The notes below the pieces were generated by a model. That model was not told the DNA's origin and did no database searches. It saw only the letters and a program-made list of their open reading frames with translations. Below, piece by piece: positions 11,977-26,387 of a DNA stretch of 64,000 bases. How positions within the stretch are numbered: position 1 is the stretch's first letter; every line of letters begins with the position of its first letter. The position numbers were made by a program, and so were the translations under genes. This stretch comes from Paraspadella gotoi (taxonomy: Eukaryota > Animalia > Chaetognatha). The DNA is taken from contig CM119266.1 of assembly GCA_051294375.1 (NCBI GenBank), positions 24,106,411 to 24,170,410 of the forward strand. Direction: 5' to 3'.

Positions 11977-12655
11977 CCCCTCGGTGGCGGCAAACGTCAA
12001 AAGAGAGACTGCCGGTCCTTCGGTTGCCGTCTCCCCGTCGACCGTCGGCGCAATAAAACAATAAAAGGGCGGCATGAGGCGGAATGATGTCCCATTGCCA
12101 TTCCCAATGGCAGTTGCAAGATGATATCGGTTACACGGTCTTCCCTTCTGACCCGAATATTGTAACAGTTTCCCCGGCGTTTTGAGTTGAGAAGAGAAAA
12201 ATTCTTGTTTTATTGCAAAAAAATTTGGTTGATTTCCTTTGATAATTTTAATTATATATATTTAAAATAATAAAACGGGGAAAAAATTTTCTGATGTTTA
12301 ACTGCTTGTCCAGAACTTCAATCCGATAAAAGCTTTTATTGAGATTATTTCACAAATTAATGACAGATAAAGACGTAAAGTTTAAATTTATGTATCTATT
12401 TCGATTAAAATTTAAATTCAAAGGAATTTAGTTTTTGCAACTTAATAGAGATGTGTTGAGAATTTTATTGACTTTTAAGCAGCTTCGGGTGATGGCCGTT
12501 TAATTACAAATTGCTTTAAATGTACAGAACTATTTAAAATATTTTTAAATGACAATATGATAGTTCCAAAAATTTTAAAAAAGACAATGAAAATTTGAAA
12601 GTAGATACTAGGGTTATCAAACTTTTTATAAACTTTCTCTAAACAAAATTATTAT

Positions 12656-12786
12656 TTATGAAATTGGTACAACCACTATAAAAATCATCCATTCATTAAA
12701 TAAATAAGCTATCTTGCCCCTGACTTTGGACAGGCTTTGGTGGTTTAAGGCCTCCATCACTCTTACAAGATAATGACATAGCAGGT
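12656..12786 (+). repeat. Dispersed ~130-bp repeat (also 24038-24156 inverted and truncated, 54764-54894, 56359-56491)
   Basis: TTATGAAATTGGTACAACCA...GCCCCTGACTTTGGACAGGCTTTGGTGGTTTAAGGCCTCCATCACTCTTACAAGATAATGACATAGCAGGT is near-identical in unrelated flanks. Confidence 0.85.
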
Positions 12787-13768
12787 TATACTCGGATGTC
12801 AATGAGCTAATTCCAAAAGCAGGTTCGCTTACTCGAAATAAATTTTTTTTACGGGATAAGTCGCCGTTCCAACGATCGTTCCCTTCCCCTTAAATCGGCA
12901 CCTGAACCGAATCGAATCTGGAAAAACCCTCTCTCAAAACAACCCGGACTCTTTTTTTTTATTGTATCTCCGGGACTGAGGAATATTAGGTTTCCTCGTC
13001 GGCGGGTTGATTGAGACAATCGCGATCCTTGTCAAATGCCTCGGTTGTATACTTGGATTAGTTCGGGACTGTACCGACTTTGACAAGAGCGACGGGAAAA
13101 AAAATTAATTATCTCGGATCTCGGAAGGAGGGACATGATAATCATCGATTAATCTTTTTCCATTGACGTCGTTAGTATCTTTTTTTTCGGAAGGACTTTT
13201 TTAACGGAGCTCACGCTGACTTTACGACCCGCAAAAAAATGTAAATGGATTCGGGATTTCAAATTTCGAAAAGCGGCGGTTAGTGTATCCAGGTTTGAGT
13301 ATATATATATATATTTCGAAGCTTCGGGAACGACGGGGGGGGGGCTTTGATAGAGACAAAAAAAAAGCACCAACGAAATAATAAAATAATTCTTTGGTTG
13401 AGGGCATAAAAATTCCTGGGATTATGCAGTTATACCTAAGGGATGGAGAGAAGGGAGGAATAATTTGACAACATTTTGGATCCCAATTAAAAGTTAACGT
13501 CGAAATCAACGATCTCTTTGATAACATTATTACCTTTTATTACCATATTTAGTCTAATTAACTTAAAAAATAAAAAAAAATAATCCATTTCTGAAATCCC
13601 TTCGTCTAACGCAGCGCCTCCTTTTTTTTAATTAATCGATGAACCTCAACTCGATCTTCTCGCGACGATTTATGGCAAAAACTGATCCCATCTTCCGCTA
13701 ATAGGTTCCACATCTAACGAAAATATTCTTTCAAAAATATAACTCGGTTAATACATTGATAACGACCG

Positions 13769-13822
<54 letters not shown>

Positions 13823-14158
13823 CCGCCTATCATTCGCGTCTCGCCATTCGTATTTCGTAAAAGACACAAGAAAAACCCATTCCGGTTTTTCTTCATATCC
13901 GCGTAAATCATGATAACGTTCTCGGGAGCCGCTTTCTCTCCCTCTCTCCTCTCTCGTTCTCTCTCGTTTTCTCTCGCCCCGATGAGACCGAAATAAATAC
14001 GATATGGCAATTTATATCGCATGCTTGTATAACGTTTTTCGCGGCAATAATAAATGTCGACGGATTCGGTCTCCGGTCCCGGGAGAAAGTGGTGGGGAGA
14101 GAGAAACCCCGTTTTCTCCGAGCACGCGATCCGATCCTAACCATCATCGGTCCGAGCG

Positions 14159-14247
<89 letters not shown>

Positions 14248-14856
14248 TGTCCATGGAAATGTTGTTTAGAAATAAAATTTGAACGGGCTCAAAATCTGAC
14301 GCTGGGTGTAAAGGTAAAGGTAAAACGAGACCGTAATGTCTTCGTCTCTATCAGAGCGTGGGTGGTTAGGATATTTAATTTTAAGGTGGGAGTAGCGTTA
14401 TAAAAGAAAATTAGGATAATAATGTTAAATAAAGAACGAACTGGAAAAAATCTGTCATTTTATTATACTCGATTCATTCATCGATAATAAGTAAAACAGA
14501 AAAGTAATAAAATGATATTGCAACGGGCCATGAGAAAAGTTAGAAATATCTAAGTTCCATCTTCATTCACTGATAATATTTTCGCCCAATAAAATAAACA
14601 GAGCAGTGAATCAGATTTTAAGCAGTAATGTTTCAATCACAAAGTAGAGAGAAAGACTCGGATCCGATTCGATTTCGACAATTGGGCCATTACAGTCAAG
14701 ATATCTTGCAAATAGAATCGAACAAAGGAGAGACTTCGAGTCTGATTTGTGACGCCGTAAAAATCCGATGAGAGGATATCTGAAGAAGAGAAACTTATCG
14801 TCCTGCATCCATAAACAAACTCAGGACTCAGGCCCTGCGATGATTCAATACACTCT

Positions 14857-14944
<88 letters not shown>

Positions 14945-15232
14945 TCTCATCCCATCAGCGTTCGGTCATGGACAGTATGGGAATATTTTATTGTAATAAT
15001 AGGAAAATCATTACTGTATATATCGCAAGTCATAACAAATTTGATATCGCTCGCACTCGCTACGTCGCGTTCGTTTTCTCTCCCATCTCCCTCTCACCCT
15101 CTCTCGACGCGAGGGCCCGGGGCCTCACTCAATGACGGTCCAAGGCCTCTCTCCTCATTTTCTTGATTCGTATCTTCTCTTTCCACCCCCCCTCTCCATC
15201 TCGCTTGTTCCCCTCGCCTCTCTCTCCTCTCT

Positions 15233-15276
<44 letters not shown>

Positions 15277-15417
15277 TCTTCTCTCTCTCTCTCCATCATT
15301 CGCCTACGGTCGCCCTGGACACGTATCGCGCTTCCTCTATTTAATGTTCGCGATACACGGTCAAGTCCGGGGCCCGACACGCGTTACGATGAGTAAGAAA
15401 AGGAAGAGTAGAAGAGA

Positions 15418-15499
<82 letters not shown>

Positions 15500-16361
15500 T
15501 TAACGGCACATTGTTTTTAACGATTATGAATCGCGCCATCTATGAGGTGGATTTTATGGAGCGCGAGAAGACGGGCGATAGTCCAACCCCTCGCGGTCGA
15601 CTCTCGATTCGTCGACGGAGGGGAATTAAAACGGGCAAGGCCGAGGAAACCCGGATGGGGCGGGGCTACTGTTGAGCTGGGGGGGCGGAGTAGTGGAGCT
15701 GTAATGTATGACTGGAAAAGTGGCGGTAGTGACGTTTAAGTAAGTGCTTAAAAAAGCAGTTTTAACACTATTTACTTTGAATATTTCGTGATTTTCATTA
15801 TAATTTCCGAGTCAGATATACAACCAAAATTATAACTCACTTAAGATCTACTAATTAAGAATCAACTACACTTATCTGCAAAATAAACCGTTTAAGAGAC
15901 AATATATGGTGACTGAGTTCCGACCAGTCTTTCCTTTTTTCCAGTTCTGACTTTCTTTCATCATAATTTCTTAGTTTTTTTTCTCTTTCTTTTTATTTTA
16001 TTCTTTCTTTCCCTTTTAATTTTGTCTTTCTTTCCCTGTTTTTCCCTTTTTATTTCTTTCTGTCTTTCCTGTGTCATCGTATTCCTTGCATTTTTATAAC
16101 TCCTTCATTCTTTCTTTCTCTTATTCTTCTTTTCTTTCTTTCTTCTTTCTTTCTTTCTTTTTTCCTTCTTTCCTTTCTTTCTATTCCATTTTTTAATTTC
16201 TTTTCCATTGCTTCTCTCCTTCTCAATCTCCCTCTCCCTCGAGGCGAGTGAGGCCTCGTTCGGCGCATCACCATAACCGTAAACGCGGGCGTAAAAGAAG
16301 AAGGCAAGGGCCTCTCAAGCCGCCCTGCCGCTTGGAGAGAGAGAGAGAGAGAGAAGAGAGG

Positions 16362-16418
<57 letters not shown>

Positions 16419-16583
16419 AAAGAAGAAAAAAAAACCTCTTGTCGTTTTTACGAGTGATTAAACCGGAAAAAAGTGAAGAGAGAAGAAAAGTGTTGTTTAT
16501 ATTCAGCCCAAGGGGAAGTCGTTTCCGAACGCCTACGATGCGCGTTGATGGGAGCTGTGTGCTTGTGAGGGGCGGGGGTGCGC

Positions 16584-17594
16584 CTTGAAGGACAGAGGCA
16601 ATGTAGCGGAGTTTCACGCATCCCCTCGAGAGCAGACGAGGTAAGAAAGTAATAATCGAGGTGAGAAATTCATATACTTATACTTTCGTGTTTTTTCACG
16701 TTTATGTCACTCAGAAGAGTTTGTGAATGTAAGATAATAATTTAGTGTAATAACATTGCGCAACAAGCAACCGAGAGTGAGACTTTAAACGTTAAGAGGG
16801 GTCTAAAAAGTGACCAAGCGAACCAGGATACCGCACAAAAGAGAACGGAATATAACATAACATGTACCATCAGCTTGACCGAAACATCATTGAGAATAAC
16901 TAATTCAAAATAAATGTAAATTAAAGAATTCAAGCAAATAGCCAGTTTCAAAATGATGATACTTATATCAAATTTTTAAATAAGCTCACTGTGAGTCAAT
17001 CTATTACCAAAATATTAGTTGTATTACATTCAGAATTAATTTCTTAAATTCCCAAATCGTAATCATAAATATTTTGCCCCTTCTGTTTTTCTTTATTCAT
17101 CGAATGAGTTTACCCTCTTTTTTTTCCAAACAAAGCTACCATATATTACGTAGAAATTCTTTTGGTTCTTCATTTTCAAACATCAACGTCCAATAAAAGT
17201 CAAGTGAGAACGAAGACTGAACGCGGCTGACAGAGAGCGAGATGAAGGAGAAAAAGGGAACAGAGTCGAGAAAAAAAAAGAGAGAGAGAAAAAAAACGAC
17301 TTTGCTTTGCGGCAAAAATGCCAATATTTGACATGTGAGGAAAAAAAGAGAAAAGGAAAAAAAGACAGGAAAACGAGAGAGAGGACAGAAAGATAGACAG
17401 AAATAAAATCTGAAGAGAATATTAAAGACAGGAGGACTTACCGTTGAATATTTCTTACGTGGCGAAGAAGGAAGGAAGGTGAAGATGACGAAAAGTAAGC
17501 AATAAAAAAGTGAGTAAGTCAGGAAATGTATAAACGTTGAACGATATTGCCAAGGCAATGAAGCTCTTCTCTCTCTCTGCTTCCTCTCTCATCT

Positions 17595-17634
<40 letters not shown>

Positions 17635-17845
17635 TCTTACTTATCTCTCCTCATCTTTTCTATAAAATATTCAAGTTAAATTTCAATTAAAACCGGAAAT
17701 GTTTAAATATTAGTAATAGAATTGTTCTTTTATAATATTGAAAGGGAAATAAAAGATTCCGAATGATTGTAAAAGAACTCGTTGATCCAAAAAAAACCTC
17801 TTTACTTTTGCCCTCGTAATAATCACTATCGTAAAAACTCTCTCC
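16584..17845 (+). repeat. Flank 'Y', direct repeat of 38776-39991
   Basis: CTTGAAGGAC(C)AGAGGCAATGTAGCGGAG...CGTAAAAACTCTCTC matches colinearly over about 1.25 kb. Confidence 0.92.
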
Positions 17846-17846
17846 T

Positions 17847-17903
<57 letters not shown>

Positions 17904-18071
17904 CCTCTCTTCTACTCCTCTCTCTCTCTCTCCCATCTCTCTCTTCTCTCTACTCTTTCTCTTATTAAGAGGTAAATTGCCCCCACAGTGTCATAAAACT
18001 GCTTTAATCACTCCCCGCACTCAAAAAAAGACTTCTCTCTCTTTTTNNNNNNNNNNNNNNNNNNNNNNNNN

Positions 18072-19444
18072 ATGGGAATATTTATTGGTAATAATAGGAA
18101 AAATCATTACTGTATTCGCAAGTCATAACAATTTGATATCGCTCGCACTCGCTATTGCTCGCGTTCGTTTTCTCTCCCTCTCCCTCTCACCCTCTCTCGA
18201 CGCGGGGCCCGGGGCCTCGACTCAATGACGGTCCAAGGCCTCTCTCCTCATTTTCTTGATTCGTATCTTTCGTCTTCACCCCCCCNNNNNNNNNNNNNNN
18301 NNNNNNNNNNNNNNNNNNNNNNNNNNNNNNNNNNNNNNNNNNNNNNNNNNNNNNNNNNNNNNNNNNNNNNNNNNNNNNNNNNNNNNNNNNNNNNNNNNNN
18401 NNNNNNNNNNNNNNNNNNNNNNNNNNNNNNNNNNNNNNNNNNNNNNNNNNNNNNNNNNNNNNNNNNNNNNNNNNNNNNNNNNNNNNNNNNNNNNNNNNNN
18501 NNNNNNNNNNNNNNNNNNNNNNNNNNNNNNNNNNNNNNNNNNNNNNNNNNNNNNNNNNNNNNNNNNNNNAGAGAGAGAGAGAGTTAACGGCCATCTGTTT
18601 TTAACGATTATGAATCGCGCCATCTATGAGGTGGATTTTATGGAGCGCGAGAAGACGGGCGGATGTCCAACCCCTCGCGGTCGACTCTCGATTCGTCGAC
18701 AAGAGGGGATTAAAAACGGGCAAGGCCGAGGAAACCGCGGATGGGGCGGGGACTGTTTGAGCTGGGGGGGGGCGAGTATGGAGCTGTAATGATGACTGGA
18801 AAAGTGGCGGTAGTGACGGTTTAGTAAGTGGCTTAAAAAAGCAGTTTTAACACTATTTACTTTGAATATTTCGTGTATTTTCATTATAATTTTCCGAGCA
18901 GATATACAACCAAAATTATACTCTTTATAAGATCTACTAATTAAGAATCAACTCACACTTATCTGCAAAATAAACCGTTTAAGAGAACAATATATGGATG
19001 ACTGAGTTCCGACCAGTCTTTCCTTTTTTCCGTTCTGACTTTCTTTCATCATAATTTCTTAGTTTTTTTTCTCTTTCCTTTTATTTTATCTTTCTTTCCC
19101 TTTTAATTTTGTCTTTCTTTCCCTGTTTTTCCCTTTTTTATCTTTCTGTCTTTCCTTGTCCGTCATTCTTCTTTTTATTTCTTTCCTTCATCTTTTTCTT
19201 TCTTGTCTTATCTTATCTTTCTTCTTTCTTTCTTTCTTTCTTCTCTTTCTATTCTTTCTTTTCCTTTCTTTCTTTCTTTCTTTCTTTCCTTCTTTTCTCC
19301 TATTTTTAATTTCTTTTCCTGCTTCTCTCCTTCTCAATCTCCCTCTCCCTCGAGGCGAGTGAGGCCTCGTTCGCCGCATCACCATAACCGTAAACGCGGG
19401 CGTAAAAGAAGAAGGCAAGGGCCTCTCAAGCCGCCCGTCCGCTT

Positions 19445-19481
<37 letters not shown>

Positions 19482-19537
19482 AGAGAGAGAGACGGGATAG
19501 AGAGAGGAGAGAGAAGAGAGAGAGAGAGAGGGAGGAG
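18072..19537 (+). repeat. Extra direct copy of ~14977-16400, bounded by 25-N gaps
   Basis: Starts ATGGGAATATTT..., includes GCCATCTATGAGGTGG and CACCATAACCGTAAACGCGGG as in 15.0-16.4 kb. Confidence 0.9.
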
Positions 19538-19562
19538 NNNNNNNNNNNNNNNNNNNNNNNNN

Positions 19563-19949
19563 CGGTTTAGTAAGTGGCTTAAAAAGCAGTTTTAACACTA
19601 TTTACTTTGAATATTTCGTGTATTTTCATTATAATTTTCCGAGTCAGATATACAACCAAAATTATACTCTTTAAGATCTACTAATTAAGAATCAAACTCA
19701 CCACTTATCTGCAAAATAAACCGTTTAAGAGACAATATATGGATGACTGAGTTCCGACCAGTCTTTCCTTTTTTTTCCAGTTCTGACTTTCTTTCATCAT
19801 AATTTCTTAGTTTTTTTTCTCTTTCCTTTTATTTTATCTTTCTTTCCCTTTTAATTTTGTCTTTCTTTCCCTGTTTTTCCCTTTTATTTCTTTCTGTCTT
19901 TTCCTCTGTCCGTCATTCTTGCTTTTTATATTTCTTTCCTTCATTCTTT

Positions 19950-20021
<72 letters not shown>

Positions 20022-20137
20022 TCCTTCTTTTCCTATTTTTATTTCTTTTCCTGCTTCTCTCCCTTCTCAATCTCCCTCTCCCTCGAGCGAGTGAGGCCTC
20101 GTTCGCGCATCACCATAACCGTAAACGCGGGCGTAAA
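19563..20137 (+). repeat. Further direct copy of ~15733-16295, bounded by 25-N gaps
   Basis: CGGTTTAGTAAGTGGCTT...ACGCGGGCGTAAA also matches 18817-19406. Confidence 0.9.
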
Positions 20138-20336
20138 NNNNNNNNNNNNNNNNNNNNNNNNNCAAGCGCACCCCCGCCCCCTCACAAGCACACAGCTCTT
20201 CCATCAACGACCCATCGTAGGCGTCTCAGGAAAACGACTTCCCCTTGGCTTGAATAAAACAACAACTTTTCTTCTCTCGTCACCTTTTTTCCGGTTAATC
20301 ACTCGTAAAAACGACAAAGGTTTTTTTTTCTTCTTT

Positions 20337-20420
<84 letters not shown>

Positions 20421-20594
20421 CGGAGGCGGCTTGAGAGGCCCTTGCCTTCTCTTTTACGCCCGCGTTTACGGTTATGGTGATGCGGCGAACGAGGCCTCAC
20501 TCGCCTCGAGGGAGAGGGAGATTGAGAAGGAGAGAAGCAGGAAAAGAAATAAAAATAAAAAAGAAGGAAATAATAGAGAAAGAAAGAAAGGAAA

Positions 20595-20631
<37 letters not shown>

Positions 20632-21281
20632 AAAGAAGAAAGAAAGAATAAGAAGAAAGAAAAGAATGAAGGAAAGAAATATATAAAGAAAGCAATGAAC
20701 GTGACAAGGAAAGACAGAAAGAAAAAAAAGGGAAAAAAGGGAAAGAAAGAAAAAATTAAAAGGGAAAGAAAGATAAAATAAAAGGAAAGAGAAAAAAAAC
20801 TAAGAAATTATGATGAAGAAAGTCAGAACTGGAAAAAAGGGAAAGACTGGTCGGAACTCAGTCATCCATATATTGTCTCTTAAACGGTTTTTTTTTGCAG
20901 ATAAGTGTGAGTTTGATTCTTAATATGTAGATCTTATTGAAAGTTATGTATAATTTTGTTGTATATCTGACGGAAAATTATAATGAAAATACACGAAATA
21001 TTCAAAGTAAATAGTGTTAAAACTGCTTTTTTAACCCTCACTACTAAACCGTCACTACCGCCACTTTTCCAGTCATCATTACAGCCCCCTACTCGCCCCC
21101 CAGCTCAAACAGTCCCCGCCCCATCCCGGGTTCCTCGGCCTTGCCCGTTTTTAATCCCCCTCGTCGACGAATCGAGAGTCGACCGCGAGGGGTTGGACAT
21201 CCGCGCCGTCTTCTCGCGCTCCATAAAATCCACCTCATAGATGGCGCGATTCATAATCTTAAAAAAACAGATGGCCGTTAA

Positions 21282-21350
<69 letters not shown>

Positions 21351-21473
21351 TCCTATTCTCTCTCTCATTCTCTTTCTCTTCTCGTTAAACGCGGTCGGGC
21401 CCCGGACTTGACCGTGATCGCGAACATTAAATAGAGGAAGCGTGATACGTGTCCAGGGACCGATGCGAATGCC

Positions 21474-21504
<31 letters not shown>

Positions 21505-21505
21505 G

Positions 21506-21556
<51 letters not shown>

Positions 21557-21845
21557 GACAGCGAGATGGAAGAGGGGGGGGTGAAGACGAAAGATACGAA
21601 TCAAGAAAATGAGGATAGAGGCCTTGGACCGTCATTGAGTCTAGGCCCCGGGCCCTCGCGTCGAGAGAGGGTGAGAGGGAGAGGGAAAGAAAACGAACGC
21701 GAGCAATAGCGAGTGGCGAGCGATATCAAATTTTTTATGACTTGCGAATACAGTAATGATTTTTTCCTATTATTACCAATAAAATATTCCCATACCTTGT
21801 CCATGACCGAACGCTGATGGGATGAGGAGAGAGAGAGAAGAGAGA

Positions 21846-21920
<75 letters not shown>

Positions 21921-22556
21921 AAGAGTGTATTAATCATCGCGGGCCTGAGTTTGTTTGATGGATGCAGGACGATAAGTTTCTTCTTCAGATATCCTCTCAT
22001 ACGGAATTTTTACGGCGTCACAATCAGACTCGAAGTCTCTCCTTTGTTTCGATTCTATTTGCAAGATATCTTGACTGTAATGGCCCAATGTCGAAAATCG
22101 AATCGGATCCGAGTCTTTCTCTCTACTTTGTTGATTGAAACTATTACTGCTTAAAATCTGATTCACGTGCTCTGTTTATTTATTGGGCGAAAATATTATC
22201 AGTGAATGAAGATGGAACTTAGATATTTCTAACTTTTCTCATGGCCCGTTGCAATAATCATTTTATTACTTTCTCTCTGTTTTACTTATTATCGATGAAT
22301 GAATCGAGTATAATAAAATGACAGATTTTCAGTTCGTTCTTTATTTAACATTATTATCCTAATTCCCTTTTATAACGCTACTCCCACCTTAAAATAATAT
22401 CCTAACACCACCCACCGCTCTGATAGAGACGAAGACATTACGGTCTCGTTTTACCTTTATACTTTACAACCCACGCGTCAGATTTTGAGCCCGTTCAAAT
22501 TTTATTTCAAACAAAAGACATTCCATGGACAACTCTCTTCTCTCTCTCTCTCTCTC

Positions 22557-22628
<72 letters not shown>

Positions 22629-22987
22629 CCGCGCTCGGACCGATGATAGGTTAGGATCGGATGTCGCGTGCTCGGAGAAAACGGGGTTTTCTCTTCTCCC
22701 CACCACTTTCTCTCGGGCCCCGGAGAACCGAATCGGTCGACATTTATTATTGCCGCGAAAAAAACGTTATACAACAGCATGCGAATATAAATTGCCATAT
22801 CGTATTTAATTTCGGTTCTCATCGGGTCGAGAGAAAACGAGAAGGAACGAGAGTGAAGAGAGGGAGGAGAAAGCGGCTCCCGAGAACGTTATCCATGATT
22901 ACGCGAATATGAAGAAAAAACCGGAATGGGTTTTTCTTGTGTGTTTTACGAAATAACGAATGGCGAGACGCGAATGATAGGCGGAAA

Positions 22988-23077
<90 letters not shown>

Positions 23078-24836
23078 CGGAAACGGTCGTATATGTAATA
23101 TTTAACCGAGTTAATATTTTTGAGAAGAATATTTTTCGTTAGATGTTGTGGAACCTATTAGCGGAAGATGGGATCAGTTTTTTGCCATAAATCGTCGCGA
23201 GAAGATCGAGTTGAGGTTCATGAGCGATTCATTAAAAAAAAGAGGAGGCGCTGCGTTAGACGAAGGGATTTCAGAAATGCGATTAATTTTTTTTATTTTT
23301 TAAGTTAATTAGACTAAATATGGTAATAAAAGGTAATAATGTTATCAAAGAGATACGTTGATTTCGACGTTAACTTTTAATTGGAATCCAAAATGTTGTC
23401 AAATTATTCCTCCTTCTCTCCATCCCTTAGGTATAACTGCATAATCCCAGGAATTTTTAATGCCCTCAACCAAAGAAGATTATTTATTATTTCGTTGGTG
23501 CTTTTTTTTTTTTTGTCTCTATCAAAGCCCCCCCCCCGCGTCGTTCGAAGCTTGCGAAATAATATATATTACTAAACCTGGATACACTAACCGCCTTCTT
23601 TTCGAAAATTTGAAATCCCGAATCCATTTACATTTTTTTGCGGGTCGTATAGTCAGCGTAGCTCCGTTAAAAAGTCCTTCCGAAAAAAAAGATACTAACG
23701 ACGTCAATGGAAAAAGATTAATCGATGATTATCATGTCCCTCCTCCTCGGAGATCCGAATAATTAATTTTTTTCCCCGTCGCCTTTGTCAAAGTCGGATA
23801 CAGTCCCGCAATACAATATACCCAAGATATACAACCGAGCATTTGACAAGATCGCGATTGTCTCAATCAACCGCCGACGAGGAAATCCTAAAATTCCTCA
23901 GTCCCGGAGATACAATAAAAAAAAGAGTCCGGGTTGTTTTGAGAGAGGGTTTTCCTCACAGATTCGATTCGGTTCAGGTGCCGATTTAAGGGGAAGGGAA
24001 CGATCGTTGGAACGGCGACTTATCCCGTAAAAAAAATTTATCTTGTTAAGAGTGATGGAGGCCTTAAACCACCAAAGCCTGTCCAAAGTCAGGGGCAAGA
24101 TAGCTTATTTATTTAATGAATGGATAATTTTTATAGTGGTTGTACCAATTTCATAAATAATAATTTGTTTAGAGAAAGTTTAATAAAAGTTTTGATAACC
24201 TATGTACCTACTTTCAAATTTTCATTGTCTTTTTTTAAATTTTTGAGAACTATCATATTGTCATTAAAAATATTTTAAATAGTTCTGTACATTTAAAGCA
24301 AATTGTAATTAAACGACCATCACCCGAAGCTGCTTAAAAGTCAATAAAATTCAACACATCTCTATTAAGTGGCAAAAACTAAATTCCTTTGAATTTAAAT
24401 TTTAATCGAAATAGATACATAAATTTAAACTTTACGTCTTTATCTGTTCATTAATTTGTGAAATAATCTCAATAAAAGCTTTTATCGGATTGAAGTTCTG
24501 GACAAGGCAGTTAAACATCAGAAAATTTTTTTCCCCGTTTTATTATTTTAAATATATATAATTAAAAATTATCAAGGAATAAACACCAAATTTTTTTGCC
24601 AATAAAACAAGAATTTTTCTCTTCTCAACTCAAAACGCCGGGGAAAACTGTTACAATATTCGGGTCGGAAGGGAAGACCGTGTAACCGATATCATCTTGC
24701 AACTGCCATTGGGAATGGCAATGGGACTCATTCCGCCTCATGCCGCCTTTTATTGTTTTATTGCGCCGACGGTCGACGGGAGACGGCAACCGAAGGACCG
24801 GCAGTCTCTCTTTTTGACGTTTGCGCCACCGAGGGG

Positions 24837-24905
<69 letters not shown>

Positions 24906-25511
24906 AGAGAGAGAGGGATATCTCCCTGATTCCCCATTTTGAGCAGACGTTTCTTCCATCCTTAGTTCTCTTTGATATTCCGTATTTCATCCTTTGTTTT
25001 TCCTCTTTGTTTCTTTTCTTCATTTTTAAAAAAAATTCTTCTTTTTCAAAAATTTCAGTGGCTTCGACCTTGAAATATTTTTTCTGACAAAAAAATAAGG
25101 TTTTGCGATATTTAGCAATTTTATTCGTAATGCATTGGAGGTACATAGATATAACTTCATGAAGTGTTACACTTTTTTTAAACTTAAAATAGAAAATCAG
25201 TAGGCATTTAATATCTTTTACACTTTCTTATAATTTTTGGCCATATATTTAGACATAATTTTTCAAAGTAGTATTTTTATAGGGAAAACAGACATATCTA
25301 AAAACTTATGTATTTGTCTAAAACAATGTCAGGACTTTTGTGCAACTTTGGTCCCACGTATCTACATTAAGAAAAAGAGAAATATATACAATGTACAGAC
25401 TGCTTTGCGTTGACGAGAAAGGAATTTTGTAGTTAGACGATTTACAAAATTCTTAGTAATCAACTTCTTCACTCATTTGCGAATTCTTCCATCTCATCTC
25501 AAATGCAAATG

Positions 25512-25561
<50 letters not shown>

Positions 25562-26285
25562 TCTCTCTCTCTCTCTCCTCTCTCTCACTCCTCTCTCTTT
25601 TATTTTTCCCTTCCTCTCCCTCTTTCGCCTCTTCCGCTCGTGTCGGCGGATGATTTGTGTTCGTCATTCGCTTGTCTCGAATATTGGCAGAAACGAGGCA
25701 GAGAAAACAAAAGTCAAGAAAGGACGCGATCCGGAAAAAAAAGAGCAAAAAGATCGAAACTTTCGATGAGGATGGCGTCTCGTTAATCATGGACGCTCCC
25801 CGCGCACGTGGGTGGAACCAGCGAGGATTTTTGGACGCACGCAAACTGGAAATTCTAAAACGTTCGGACCAGATTTTAAAGGCCTGTAACGAATGTAAAG
25901 ATGAAGACATTAATTACTAATGAAAATAATTCTTATTATGGTTCATTTAACTTTTTTAACCTAAAAAATAACTTATTTAACAAAATCTCGCACAACTTAG
26001 AAAAACTAAGTCGCGTTGCAGATTGTTAGAAACCAATGAAAATAGCAAAAAAAGGTCAGCATCAAAACACGCGAGTGAAAAGACGCAACGGAGGGTCTCG
26101 CCCCGCCCACTTCCCCAATTTTTCCGCCGCCTCACCCCAAAAAACCTCACCCGATTTTTCCCGCTTTTGTTTTTGGATCGTTTGTTATCGTTTATGGGGA
26201 AAGTAATATCAGTTCACCTTCGAACGCGAAACTTACTCGCTTAATCGAGCCTCGTAATCGCGCGGGACTTGAGGGTTCTTTGAGG

Positions 26286-26329
<44 letters not shown>

Positions 26330-26339
26330 GAAGAGAGAG

Positions 26340-26387
<48 letters not shown>

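Noticed and set aside
16248-16330. Basic peptide RKRGRKRRRQG resembling a homeodomain N-terminal arm
   Set aside because: No helix 1-3 sequence follows; the frame runs into a (GA)n microsatellite.
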